Shown here piece by piece: positions 35,000-48,464 of a DNA stretch of 64,000 bases; position 1 is the first letter of the stretch, and every line of letters starts with the position of its first letter. The notes under the pieces are model-generated. The model did no database searches. It saw nothing but the letters and a program-made list of their open reading frames with translations, and was not told where the DNA came from. Made by a program: the position numbers and the translations under genes. This stretch comes from Klebsormidium nitens (Eukaryota; Plantae; Klebsormidiophyceae), in NCBI GenBank assembly GCA_000708835.1, contig DF236985.1, positions 124,001 to 188,000 of the forward strand, in the 5' to 3' direction.

Positions 35000-37900
35000 A
35001 TGATGACCACTTTGCGCAGCCACATTGTGGGGTTCACATTAGTAGCGGCGCTTCTCTCCGTGTGCCACATTGCGGCTGCGGCTGTCAGTGGTGATCAGTG
35101 CAAGGCCCAAGAGACTCAGGCTGTTGCAATCAATGCGTACGGAAGGCGCTTGTCGATAGACGATGAGAGTACACCGTTCTATCAGGTGGGTGGCTTCTCT
35201 CCATCGCTCCTGCCACTCTGTTAGTTACAAACGATTGGTCTAATGCCTTGACTCGAAGGACAATCAAAAAGAGGAGAGAGCTCTTTCTGTAAGAGCGGAT
35301 TGGAATTATATGTACCTTATGAAGCAAATAAGAGGTTTCATTGCTAGAGGACTTTGTCTGACTCCTGTCATTGTACTCAGTTCTATTCAAACGGCCAGCT
35401 GTTCAACGTACACACTGCGCAATCACCGTGATGTCATGGTGCACCAACCAGACTTCCCTTGCATAAGGTTCGGCTTGATTGACCAGAGAACCACAGACGC
35501 TTTAGAACTGATCGATTGTGGACACTTTAAGGCCAAAAAGGACTATCTGATGGGGAATCAAATGTCCCTTACCCAGCTGTTTGACTCCTGATAGAAAGCC
35601 CTGTGGCCACATACGAACAGATGTCAAGACACTTTGAAGTACCTGAATGAAGTTTCTCGTTTTCAATGAAGTTTCTCGTCTTTGTTAGTACAGCCAACAG
35701 ACTCCCTGGCATCTCCCCGCTTCTCTGGAGTAAGGACGTATGCCCGCCTGCCCCATGTCACCTCCATGGAGGGGGTGGACGTCGCAGTCTTTGGCATCCC
35801 CTTTGATACCGGTGCCAGCTTCAAGTAAGTGAGCGAGCCTGCTGTCGCTGAGTATCTGCTATAGTCTGCTCACTTAATGAGACCTTGACAAGTGAAGCAC
35901 TTCACACAAATGCGAGGCATCAACAGTCTTTACTGAGATTTCGAGATGAGACCTTGCTGAGTAACGTCATCTTCCCGTCACAGATCAATTGGTCTTGGGG
36001 CAGCTTCCTGGAATGTTCGTCAAACTTACGACCTGGCTTCCAGCACATAATCCGTTGCCTCTCCCGAATTGCAAGAGCTGGAGTACTTTTACGAACTTCC
36101 TTTCTTTGGCTTAAAGTCAGCATCCAATTGCAGTCTGCCAGAAAGTCCAACTGGCCATTAAGTCCAACATTCAGACCACCCAATTTTGGTCCTATGTCCT
36201 CATCTCACTTCTGACACGACCTCCAATCGATCCCTCCAGGATAGGCCAGCGCTACGGCCCCGAATCCGTTCGCAGCGCCTCCCACCTGCTCCGTCCCTAC
36301 AACCCCGATGTCAACGTCACCGTTTTCGGCGCCCTTTCCTGTGTCGACTTCGGCGACGTGTCTGTCGTCCCTGGTTACATCCAGGCAAGCTATGCGGCGA
36401 TGGAAAAGGACATCACAGAGCTGGCGGAAGCGGGGGTGGTAACGCTCGGCTTTGGGGGCGACCATTCTGTTACGCTGGGGGAGCTGCGGGCGCTGGCAAA
36501 AGTGCACGGGCCGATGTCGCTGGTGAGGTGGTGCGATCTTCTGGGAAGCTGTCAGTAGTCTCTGCAGATGTCTGTCAAGGCAAAGCGCGGAGACGAGCAG
36601 GAGCAAGGGCTCAGTTTGTTGTTTGTGACTTCTGGCATCGCGGGTTGAACATTTGAATGTCAACCGGACGGTTCGTGCGCTGCGAGCCACTCTTACCTTT
36701 GTCCTTGATACACAAACCTTGCACTTAGTGAAGTAGCACAAACCTGCACTTGGTGAAGGTGCCCGTTAGGAAACCTTTTGGCTCTCGGTTCTCCTAGCTC
36801 TCTGAAATACCAGTATATGATGGCTATTTGCGTCCGCTCGAGCACCCTCGAATTGAACGATCTGACACTGGCCACGTCCTCTGCTGATCCTGACAGGTCG
36901 CACTTTTCCTCTGTCAGCTTCTGGAAACCAGTCCTCTTCGATCGATTCCCCTTTTTGCCATACATGAGAGCCTGCTCTGTTCTGCAGGTCTGCTTCCACT
37001 CACACAGCACGTTTACAAAGCTTACAACGATTCTCTTTGATGAGTATCCCTAATTGTTGATGTGAACGGCTGAATGTATTTCCGCAGGTCCACTTCGACT
37101 CGCACAGCGACGTGTGGGACAGCTACTTCGGCAAGAAGTACAACCACGGGACGCCCTTTCGGCGTGCCGTTGAGGAGGGCCTCTTGCTCCCCAGCAAGTC
37201 GATCCAGATTGGGATGCGGGGACCGCTTTACTCAGCAACGGTGACTCGCTACTTTCACTAATCGAGCGTTCGAACGTCCCCGTTAGAAGTGCTGCCTGAG
37301 CTGCCGTCCTTCTTTCCGAGTTTGAGAAAACGTGCTATCTGTGTCTTCGCGTGGAGCTGTGCGGACTGACGTCCTTCCGTCTCCTCTTCGAAAGTACAGT
37401 CTAATATCTAATCATCGTCCGCCTCTGAGCACTTGTTGCAATGAATGAACGGCCTCACAAAAGTGCTGGAATATAGACGGGCTTGGACTTTGCTGCAAAA
37501 GTGTAAATATGTCACTTGTCACAAGATCTTGATACGTCGAGCCGCGGTCACTTACACTTGAGAACAAAGCCCTTTTCCAGGCTTGTCTGGTTCTGAACGA
37601 AGGCGATTTCGAGTTCAGATTACATTCAGTCAAGTTGACCTCTTGGGACAGAGGTGAGAATACGATCTCCGGTTTCAGGCTTGCTGTTTGCGATTGCAGG
37701 ACCGAAAGGACGCCACCGACTTGGGCTTCAACGTCCTCACCACTTCCGACCTCGCCTCCCTCAAACCGCTCGTGCTCGGCGCGGCGGTCCGGCGGATCGT
37801 GGGCGCGAGCCCTGCCTTCCTCTCGTTCGACGTCGATTTTTTCGACCCGGCATATGCCCCAGGAACGGGCACGCCCGAAGTCGGCGGGCCGTCCACGCAA

Positions 37901-38116
37901 GTAGGCCTGGGTTACCTCCGGGCACTGAGAGATATCAATTGGGTTGGGGGGGATGTGGTGGAGGTGTTACCTGCTTTGGATCATGGTCAGATAACGGCCC
38001 ATGCCGCCGCTCAAGTTGGTTTCGAGTTCTTGTCGCTGGTTGCCGCGCGAGCGGAGGCTTTGAGGACGGTGAGGGCGGAGTGCGATGCGTTGCGGAAAGA
38101 TAAGGAAGAGTTGTAA
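35000..38116 (+). CDS. Agmatinase-like ureohydrolase (arginase superfamily) with signal peptide and C-terminal KEEL, 5 exons, 389 aa
   Basis: Exons 35000-35185, 35694-35824, 36240-36522, 37088-37240 and 37700-38116 join in frame (1170 nt). Motifs [47 protein letters not shown] (DxHxD), NHGTPFRRA and [22 protein letters not shown] (SxDxDxxDP). Confidence 0.92.
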
Positions 38117-39084
38117 CCAGAGCCGTTGTAAAGCAACCCACCATGCAGATACGAGAACACCAAGCGTCTTTGGAAGCTGACTCGACCAATGATAGCCGAT
38201 CAAGACCCAAAAACAATCTTAGTGACCTAACAAAAGTGCGATGCACCCTGATGTGACATTGATTGCTTGATTTAGAATGAAGCTTATGACGAATCTATAC
38301 TAATTCTGAAATTGAAGTCAGAGTGGAGAGTGCCGACACCATGTTGGAGATTTGCCGCTCGTTTTTGAGCAATCATTGAATGATCAACAAGACAAGAGTC
38401 AAGGCCGCACTTTACCCTCGCAGGGTAAAAAATATTCGATGCACGCTTGTGTAGGACAACAAAGAGAGCTACTTTTGAAGCGATTGTATTGGGCACAGTT
38501 AAATAGTACCCAGCAAGCGAAGCACGTTGTTGCCTTTCGTGATGAAGCTGCCAGACGATCAGAACTTTGCCCGCTCGGAGAGTTAACGTATCACGCGCTC
38601 AGGTTTCAGCGCACTAGCTTCATGACGAGCTGCATGTACGTTTAATAGGCATGGCCATATTCAGCTGCGTGAGGTGATTGTCTTTTATAAGTAATTCACA
38701 GGTGAACGTACGAGTAGAAGAGTGGAGGCCGGCTACTATTTTCTACAATCTGCCGAAGGTTTGCAACGTATACGGAGAGCTCAGCCACGTGACATGCTGG
38801 CCGCGCCTCAGCCTTCCGCATGAACGTGATCGAACAGCTAGGCTCATGGGCATCCGGCTCGCGCGGCGGCCGCGCGCTGTCGCGGGTGGGCCGCCGCGCG
38901 GCCTGCAGGTTTTGGCAAATTTGGGCAATTGAATATAATTATGAAGACTGAAGTCTGTAAGAAAGCTGTTCTTCAATTGTCCTTCTATTGGCGCTGTCCT
39001 GCTGCACCTTTCCTGTGTGTTTTCGCTGGACAAGCTTTGAAGAGCTGCCAAGTGCTTACGGCAGATAGAGGACCAGAAGCAAGA

Positions 39085-42000
39085 ATGGCAGGGAGTGAGG
39101 GCCAGGGGTCTCGGTCCTATATGAGCGATCAGATGGACAGCGTCGTTCTTGATCAGGCAGACGACGCAGGTGGCCGAAACCTGGGCAAATCGGTCCTCCA
39201 TGCAGCAGACCCTCTCTCTTCCTCCTTGGCACAGTCGGCACTGACGGGCTTTGCGGGAGAGGAAGACGTAAGGATCCATTCTTCCAGTTTAAAGGTCGTG
39301 ATTGTTGTGAGCTGTCAGCGTTGATTGCAAGTGCCGCCAGGAATCAAAGGAAAGTATGTGACATCCTCTATTCTTGGCGGCACTTTTGGATCGTGAAGGA
39401 AGTTCACGGTTGGTTCCTAGGCAGTTCGTTTGGAACAAAGTGGCGGACTTTTCACAAGGGGGACTCCTCGCACAATAAATTCGGGTGTCTGAGAAAATGC
39501 TGCCGCTCACAATGTGCGATGCTCTATTGGTCACCGCTTGCACTTAGGAGCAGCTAGCACAACCTTGGTTGACAAGTCCAATGCCTAAGAAGTGCACACT
39601 TGGAAACCGCACTCTCATTTATCATCTTCTGGAATTCAAGCAGATAGAAAGCTTGAGACTCTGATAAGAAGACCCTCACTTTTAGGCAGACTTTCCTTTC
39701 TGGTTTCTTTAGTTACTGCATATCTTTCAAGTATCGAAAAACTGAAACTTGGGATGTGGTGAACGTTGGTTCCATGCGCTAGATGTGTCACAATCGTGGA
39801 TGTGTTGCCCCCTTCACCTTTATTTGAGTTGCCAATGTGTCGTATCGTCAAGTTTGTTCTCAACGTTTGGAGTCACAGTAGGGCACAATGGCGCTCTAAT
39901 CAAGAGAATTGGCGGTTAACCTTCTTCTGAGAAGTTTTGAGAGAGGCGTCAACATCCACTAAATGCAGCTTCTCTGGTTCGAAAAGCCTGAAGATCTCTG
40001 TTCACACCTTATCCATTCTTTCAAACCCAAAGAAGTCAAGTTGTCACACGGCGTTGCCATACAAACTCCTGATCCTCATAGAACACACCCTGGTCATAGA
40101 TAACCAATTAGCTTCAGTACAGCCACCATCTGCATCACTCCCGTGCTTACACAGCATGTCTAAAACCTCTCTCGCGTTCCTCGGTACTTCTTCTGCTACT
40201 AAAAGCAGATAAGGAATGCTGTGCTCCTAGACTAAAGGAAAGCACAACTTGCTTTCATTGAGGGAGCCTGCTTCCTAATCTCTTGATTCCTTTTCCTTTA
40301 GAGAATATCGGATCCGCACTGGATCGAAGCTGCCTCATTTGCAGTCAGACCTTGATAATCGGCGTTTCAGAAAGTCTCTCTGTCATGCGTCTCTCCTTCA
40401 AATTACTACTGCTTCTCACTTTTTACGCTAAGTCGGAAACCCGCATCTCTCCCAGCTCGTGGAACCGCCCTCGTACGCGGACGCCATCTTTGCCCCCCCC
40501 TACATGGGCTCCAGCAGCGACACCGAGATCACTGCCGCCACGAACGGTCCGAGCCCGTCCGAAGCGCAGCCGTCCACGTCGCGTCCGAACCAGCTCGTCC
40601 TTAACATCTCCGTAACGGACCCTCAGAAGATCATCGAGAGCGCGGGCTCCAGCCTCGTGCCGGGGAGCGGGACGTACGTCTCTTACAAGGTGGGTGATTG
40701 ATTCCAAAAGGCTCCTTGTTTACGTTTCAGAGTCCCCCCGTTTTGAAGAACCGTCCAGGATTTGTAATCTGCTCGGCTGTATCCAGGCTTCGATCTTTCA
40801 TAGCTCCAGACTCGTTTCTATCACTCGTCTGTACTCAGATTTAGACCGTAAGATAGCTTCAGCCTCGCTTGGATTTCCCTTCTATGTCTGTGTTTTGGTC
40901 TGTGATTGCTTCAGCCTTGTTCTTTGTCTTAGGATTTTCATCCCGACCACTTCTGACTGCACGTTCTTGGATGGATTGAACCTCTCCGAAGGCATCTGAC
41001 ATCAGCAACAAACCAAGGGGGTTCTGATGATTTTGACAAAGCCGAAACTCTATCAGAGACCAGTTTTCGTTGTCTGCTTACATGTATTGTGTGCCGGGGA
41101 TTCAGAAGCTGTCTTTCTATTTGAATCGGACAAGGTTTTGAATTTCGCCTGAAAGTCTGCAAGATGCTTGTGGGCGTGTCGGCTTTGTCTACAGCTTTCA
41201 AGGGGGGAGTGCGATGTCAGGCTTTTCTAGCAACCTTTACATAGATCAGCTTTTTCTACCAGGGCCACAACCAGCTGTATGCAGCAAAGAACAGATGACA
41301 ACGCAAAAGGTTATGTTCGGGCGACGGGCTGCCCCGCTCAGACACTCACACGGAAGTGTCATCAAAAGCTGGTACAATTCCGCTGAAAGCACAGCCTCCG
41401 GTCGACTTATTAGACGTTGCTCCGAGTGCAGGTCACTACAAAAACGAACCTGCCGGGGTACAAGGCGTCAGAGTTCGCGGTCCGGCGGCGGTTCAAAGAT
41501 TTCGTGGTCCTGGCTGACAGGTTAGTCACTTTAAACTCGGTGAGTCACTTAAAATCGGAGAGTCGGAACGACCTATTCGGGTACCCGGGTACTCGGGTCA
41601 GCATTCGTCTGCTGACAGCTTCAGCTCATGCAGCGCTCGAGGATCAGAAGTTGTTCGGCCAATCGTCCTCCACGGTTACTCTTCATTTTGTTCATCATGT
41701 CACCCGCCTCCGTCAGGCTAGAAAGGTGACCACGCCAATATCGTCTCACTTTGTTCATCTCCTCCCGTCCTTTTCATTTCCTGGCATTCACCGTCTGACT
41801 TGCGGTTCCATACGGCGTCCTCATTTCCCCCGAACTCGATCGTGATCGTGATCATGTGAACCTCCCCCGTGCAGGCTGGCAGAGAGTTACCGCGGGTACT
41901 TCATTCCCCCGCGCCCCGACAAGGCCGTGGTGGAAGGACAGGTCGCATTCCTCTCCCCCTGGCCCCAGGTTCCTGCCACGGCACCCTTTCCTAGGGCTGC

Positions 42001-45000
42001 TTTTTACAGCTTCTTTCGACCAGGTTGCGAACAGAACCAAAGGAAATAATTCAAGACTTGTAAGAACTTGCGTGATACATTTCTGAAAGCCGGGCGGGAC
42101 ATGAGGTCGCCAAGGAAATTTGCTCACCGAACTGCGGGTAATTTAGCCCGAACCAAGTCAACAAAGGTTTTGACAGGGCCTTTCTACTTTCTTGAAAATC
42201 CCCGCCCGTGGATCCGGATTCAAGAAAAATTCTTGGTTCCTTTTGCAACCTGGTCGAAAGGAGCTGTAGTCATGCACGTGTGTTTATAACGGAGCTCTGG
42301 AACCCCATCTTTCTATTGTGTCCTAAAAAGAGCTATGCAGGACTGAGCGGGGGTTTTGGCAAATGCTCTTGAACGATTTCTGAATTTGAGTTAAACCTCT
42401 AAAGTGAATAGAAAGCCAGTCTTCCGAGCAGCGACCCTGGCATCCATCTCGAATCTACGAAGCTTACGTCGGCATGATTCGAAGCTTTGTTCACTAGATT
42501 GGGCTCTCGCATTCACGCCGGAAACTGTCAGCGTGGTCACCCGTTTTCTTTGGAGCTTGTCACATCTTTGCATAGTCGCTACTCTCTTCCCAGCCTCATC
42601 ACTTCTGGCCCCATCGGTCCTTCGCTTCTAACCACACCGCCTTTGCCACCGAGCTCCTTTGACAAGCCACCGCCGCGAGATATTGCAGCGCCCATGTGCG
42701 ACCAGTTCAAGCGTGACCCGAGAACCGGAGAGCTACAATGTTTGACAGCGCTTGTTTCTGGATCACTGCAGGTGATGCAGCAAAAGGACTTTGTGGAGAT
42801 GCGCAAGATGGCCCTTGACAAGTACCTCAAGAGGCTGGCGGCGCATCCGGTCCTCCGCAACAGGTGAACCCTGAGGCTTTTACTTTCGAGGATAGTTAAC
42901 GGAGAAGTAATCGTACGATGAGGGACAGGAGTTGCGGGGCTTTCCCTTCGCTTGAAGCAAGTCTATGGGAACTCCTGCTTGAGCAATTTTGCGTTGTGAG
43001 GATACAGAGCTTAATGACGACAACAGATGTTTGGCAGCCCATTCACCTTACTCGAAGCAGATTTGTCGGGACTCGTGCTTGATCAGTCTTTGCAGGTGAT
43101 TACTCGAAGACCTCCCGAACTTATATGCTTCGGTCTTCAGGACACACCACTGTCTGGGAAATTGTAGGAACCCCGTGCCTGGCTGTATCCGGTCCCTTTC
43201 CTTCCTGAATTTAGGTTCTCCCTTTCCTTTCGTCGACATTACTCGCATCTGCTTGCAGCACGGACCTGAAAGTCTTTCTGGAAACCGAGGGCAGGCTTCC
43301 ACTACAACCCACGACCGACCTAGGTGACTTCTCTCAGCCCCGCATGCATTCAAGATTTTTCGATACTACGTGCACACGTTAGGCACGTCTTCGAATAAAA
43401 TGATTGGAAGGCCAATTTTGACAGCGGGGGCGGCCGCTTTCTCTGCCTGGTGACGCGTTCGAACTTCCGCGATTCCGAATGAAGGCGTTCTTTCAACGCA
43501 GCACAACTGTATCTTTGCGTCATTCGAGTGCCGCAAAGTTGTAAGAGCGGAAAGGCTAGCGCGCTCTCAGTTTTGTACACAAGCGGAGGGATCCATCTCT
43601 GGCGGGATAAGAAAAAAGGTCGCTCAAACCAAGAATCTTCACTGCAAAGCCTCACCTTGGAAACCTTTTGCTCTCTATCTGCAATACTAGAAGCTGGCTT
43701 TTTTGCTTGTGCAGCCTCGCGCATGCTGGACGGTGCAGTCAAGCTCCCGCGGCAACTCTTCGGCAGCGAGCAGACGACTCCCCCACCGCAGGAGGCCGCA
43801 CAAGTAAGCCACGCTAAGCAAATGGCTTTTCGTACAACTAGTCCCCAAGTGCGATCTGCCCTACGATTATTGGGTTGTCACGAAATAAATCCCAGGCGCG
43901 TTCTGGTAGCTGTTATCCCTTTGGCCGGCTTCAAGTCGGTGACAGGTTTTGCTTGCGTTTCCTTAGTCCGTTCGACGGGCGCCTCTTCTGCTTAGTTTCA
44001 TCCGTGTTCCGTTCGCTCGAAGCTGGAACGGGCCCGTAATCAGCTTCTACCGACGATGCACCGCCCAATCGATTGTTAGGGTCCGCTGAATCCTGCATCT
44101 GAGAACTAGGTAAGGCACAAAGCTGTCAGGACTGAACGATTGCCTTTGCTTTGTGCAGCCAGCGAAAGGAGGCCGGGACCTGGTGCGAATCTTCAAGGAG
44201 CTCAAGCAGACCGTGCAGAACGACTGGGTGCGTTGTCGAGGCCCCTCTCCCTTGCATGTTTCCTTTTTAAAAGCTAGAATGCGATAAGGCGTGGAGATTG
44301 TGAAGGGCACTTTGAGCGCCTGTCGGTCAGAAAGTGTCCAAAGCTGAGTTCCAAGGTGTGACTGCAGTTTGACCTCGGAGCAATTACCAGGGTGTTATTG
44401 TTGAGCAGCTCGTCGCAGCGACGTCCACCAGAAGTGCGCTTCCTTTTAGCCTGGCTTTCCGTCAGACTTCTGTCTACTTAGTTACTTACTTGTTACATTG
44501 CCGAGAAGTTGATTCGCTTTTTCCCGGATTCGCATCTGCTGACGCAACGCTCTGCCAGGCTTGTCATCTGTGGAGCCGCTCCGGCGTGAGGAATGTCGTG
44601 CTTGGTTATAAGGAAGCCGGGAACCCTTAAGCTGCTCTTCGTCAATCAATGTTCAGGCTCCTTGCACATGCCAGATAAAAGCGAACCGGATTCAGCCGAC
44701 TGGAGAACTTAACCAGGACCTGTTTGACGCTGCGTGCTCGGGTTTTCAGAAGCCTGCGCAGCAGCTATCGCTGCTACTTTTCCCGTCGTTCAAGCGTCAC
44801 TTTGCAATGGCTGGTGGGATGCTTAACAATGACTTGGGCGCGAATTATCACACTGCTTTTTTCGCCCTTTCATGGATTTGTCTAACTGCAGGGGTCGTCG
44901 AAGCCGCCCATTGCGGAGGAGGACAAAGCGTACCTGGACCGGAAAGAAAAGGAGCTCGACCTGGAAAAGCAGCTGCTGGACGCGTCAGCCAAGGCAAGCT

Positions 45001-48000
45001 CCTCTCAACTAGCTTTTTCTGCGCTGTCGTCATACCCTCCGCTAAACGCTTGGGCGAATGCACATTTCTTCGTTCTAAAACCTGCTCTTTTGAGCCCGTT
45101 TCCTGAGACTCTGAAAGATTGCTCTCCTGAGTTGGCTGTCGCTCTTGGTTGAGGAGTAACTCTCATATGTCATTAGAAATTCTTGGCATCTGCCAGTCCC
45201 TTGAATCAGATCAAAGTCATCAGCCGGTCAATTTGGACGGAAAATGTTCCAAGTTTTTGGCGAAAGAGGTTGCAACCAACATCATGATTTGTACGCTTGT
45301 TTCTGCAGGCGGAGGCTCTGACTAAGGCGCAGCAAGAACTGGGGGAGGTTACTGGGGAGCTGGGCCTGGCCTTTGTCAAGATCGCGAAGTTCGAGGAGGA
45401 GCCCGGTGAGCCGCCCCGGGGGCCATCTTGCACTGAAATGAATGTTGCGCTTGACCAGGGCTCACGTGGGGGACGTTCTTGTGGAGGTCGCTTGTGAAGA
45501 TTGTGCCAGTTTGCCAAGTCTGCGCTCATTATCCATGTTCTGAGCTCGCTGGCAGCCGTCTTCAAGATTAAAAGAGGTCTTTCCACATCTCCTACGATGT
45601 GGAAAGACCTTCGTTTCATAAAAGAGACGTAGAAGTACCTGTTTGGATTGGAAAATAACTTGCTTTTGATCCTCAGGAGGTTGCACGGGTTTAGTCAGCG
45701 GAGAAAGGCAGACTTTGTATGACTGTTGCAAGGGGACAGGTCAAAGGAATTGTTGGGCGCCTCAATTTGAAAGCCAACGGCAGTACAAAGAAGAGACTTG
45801 AGCATGCTTGAGGCCTGTTCGTGCAGGCACGAGCCAACAGCAGAAGGTGCATGCGGTGGAGTCTCGCAGATTAGGACACGCGGCGATCCGGACGAGCCGG
45901 CTGTGTCGAACAGCCACCGCACAGACCGTCAACCAACTGGTGAGCAGGACAACTGATCCCCGACCGCAGTTTGTGTCAGTCCCAGAATACCCCACTGAAG
46001 TCCAACATCAGTTGCACGCTATCTGCCTTACCCTCGATCTCCCTCCGTGCGTCCTGGAGCCCATAGTCGTGAGCAGCTCAAGTGCCTACGACTTACAACC
46101 GTTCAATATAGGAACTTGCAATCACGTGTAGGTCCCTTGCGTTTGCTATGGAGCCGTTCTGCCGTGACGATTGACTGAGTCGAGTGTTAGCCAGAGGATG
46201 CGAAGTTTTGGGACGGCTTCTTTGGAGTACTCAGTTTAAGGAGCCCGCAATTTTGAAGACGGAAGAAAGAGCCGTATTTGCACCCTGCACTCTTGCGTTG
46301 CTTCTGGACAGGGTTATCTACAAGAGTGTTTGGGCCTGGAACGCCCACAACCTTGATCTGGATGCCCATTCAGGAACCCGCAAGGCCTCTCCTTCACGTC
46401 CCATTCTGCAACTTGTCTTTCATACGCTCTCAATATTCGTTCCCACAGGGACAGCTGCACGAGTACTTGGACCTGGATGCCCACAACTTCAATCGCACCT
46501 CAGTTTTGGAACTCGCATAGGCTCCCTTTTACGTGCCAACTCCCCTCATGATTTTTCACCACTTGTGTCAGCTCCACGAGTTTCTAAGGCGTGAATGCCC
46601 ACAACTCCGTCCTATATCGCACTGTGGAACCCGCATCGCCTCTCCTTCACTTTCTGTCTTAACATCACTCTCTCAAAAACTCGCCGATCAATTCTACAGG
46701 GACAGCTGCATGGGTATCTGGGCTTAGAAAGCCCTAATGATGCGGTTCTGGAACCCGCCTTATCAAGTGAATGCAGCCCGCAATATCTCGCTTACTCGTT
46801 TCTCTTTGCAACTATGCAGGGGCAGCTGCACGAGTATCTGGGTCTGATGGCCGCCATTCACGCGGCCATGGCGGACCGCAACAACGCCCTCGTCACCGTC
46901 CAGACGCTCACCAACGACCTGGCCACCAAGAAGAGCAAGATCGAAAAGCTCGAGGCGCAATCGTCGAAGGTCGGTGCAAAATACAGCAGCGCTTTCTTCA
47001 AATTGGAGGTTATTCTGACTCGTGTTCCTCAGTCCTCGGCAGCTCTGGTCGCAACTTTTCCAAGTTCGGGTTCATTTACCGATAGAAGACTTCAAGTTGC
47101 GGGACTTTGTTGATATCCTCGCGCTGAGCATTGAAACCGCACGGGAGTTCGTTTGATTTATGGCTCGCTTGTGTATCGCATTGCCGAGGACTAGTAGGTT
47201 GAATCTTGACGTTTCAACGTGCTTTGTTGTTCAAGGTGAAGCCTACCTTGAAATTACAACGGATGGCCCACAAAGTTCCAATGGTTTTAGCGTTCCAAAA
47301 GGGTCGTCACTTAACAAGTCGTCTTCCGATGGTTCCCTTAGTTCCCTCGATGCGAGCTCTTGAGCCTCCCGGCCGTCATTTCCTCCAATGTTTTCGTTAC
47401 CACTGTCTCATCCAACTCCTTATTCAATGAGCAGATATTCGGCGGCGACACGTCCCGGACGCGAAAGATAGCGGATCTGAACCGCGAAGTCGCCGCGACG
47501 GACGAGGCGTTGTTGGCGGCGAAGCAGGAGTACGAAAAGATCAAGGTAGGCTGGCATCTTTCTGCAGGACCACCGGCGATGACGTGGATTTCTTTTGAGC
47601 AGTTGCGAAGAGTGTCCTTCGAGCGGTTGCGAAGGGCACGTCATTCGGACACCCGGTATGGCAAAGAATCCCTAAGCTGCTTGTGTCGATCAAATGCCGT
47701 CGATGGTTACACTCGTAAAGAAAGCGTTGGCCCGTACGTAACGTCACTCCGGCACACCGCATCATGACCCGGCACCTCTGTGGGCAGCGGTCGTTCAGAA
47801 AGCTGAGGCCTCGTTGACATTCCGCATTAGTCTCGATCATCGCTGCGACCGTTGTGCTACCAAGTACCATACACTCGATATTTTTGCCAATAGAGTCTTG
47901 CTTATCTTTGTTCGCAAGAAAATGTTTATTGGACAACTAGGGGACTCACGCTCACTGTTGTGTGCTTCCTTCAGGAACGGAACCGGGAAGAAATCGAGCG

Positions 48001-48464
48001 GTTTGACCGGGAACGGCACGCAGACTTCCACCAAATGCTGGCCGGCTTTGTACGAACCCAAGTAAGAGACCCAAACGAGATGCCTGATTGCGCATCCTCT
48101 CCACTTGACTCTTCACGTGCACTCGACAGCCTTGTGAACACGGTGGTCGTGTCCGCAAGTGGGTTCTTTGAAAGCAGTCCATGCCCGGGTCTTCGTCAAA
48201 CTGTGACCTCGTCAAAACGGGTGTGTTGATCGGGCCTGTTAGTTGATTAGACGCACAGGAGAGATACGCACTTGATTCAGAAGCTTTTGCATGTCACTTT
48301 CTGAGTCGCTCGGGACGACCCGATCAGGGAGCTGCTTGGAGTAGAATGCCGTCTTTTACCATTTGCAGGTAGCATACAACGAGAAAGCCGCAAGCTTCTG
48401 GCAGGCTTTGGCTGACGACTCGACGCAAGGGAGAAGCGCCCGGTCGTCAATTGCAGGCACTTGA
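39085..48464 (+). CDS. SNX2: Sorting nexin 2 (PX + BAR/Vps5 domains), 15 exons, 547 aa
   Basis: Exons 39085-39267, 40456-40689, 41432-41520, 41875-41941, 42772-42863, 43259-43323, 43715-43803, 44159-44227, 44892-44993, 45309-45405, 45827-45939, 46820-46969, 47435-47545, 47975-48061 and 48369-48464 join in frame (1644 nt). Motifs EPPSYADAIF, VRRRFKDFVVLADRLAESYRGYFIPPRPDK, LKRLAAHPVLR, ASRMLDGAVKLPRQLFG and FDRERHADF..ML.GFV.TQVAYNEK match plant SNX2. Confidence 0.93.

Noticed and set aside
38860-38900. 12-bp GC-rich inverted repeat upstream of SNX2
   Set aside because: Short and composed only of G/C, so plausible by chance in a GC-rich promoter.
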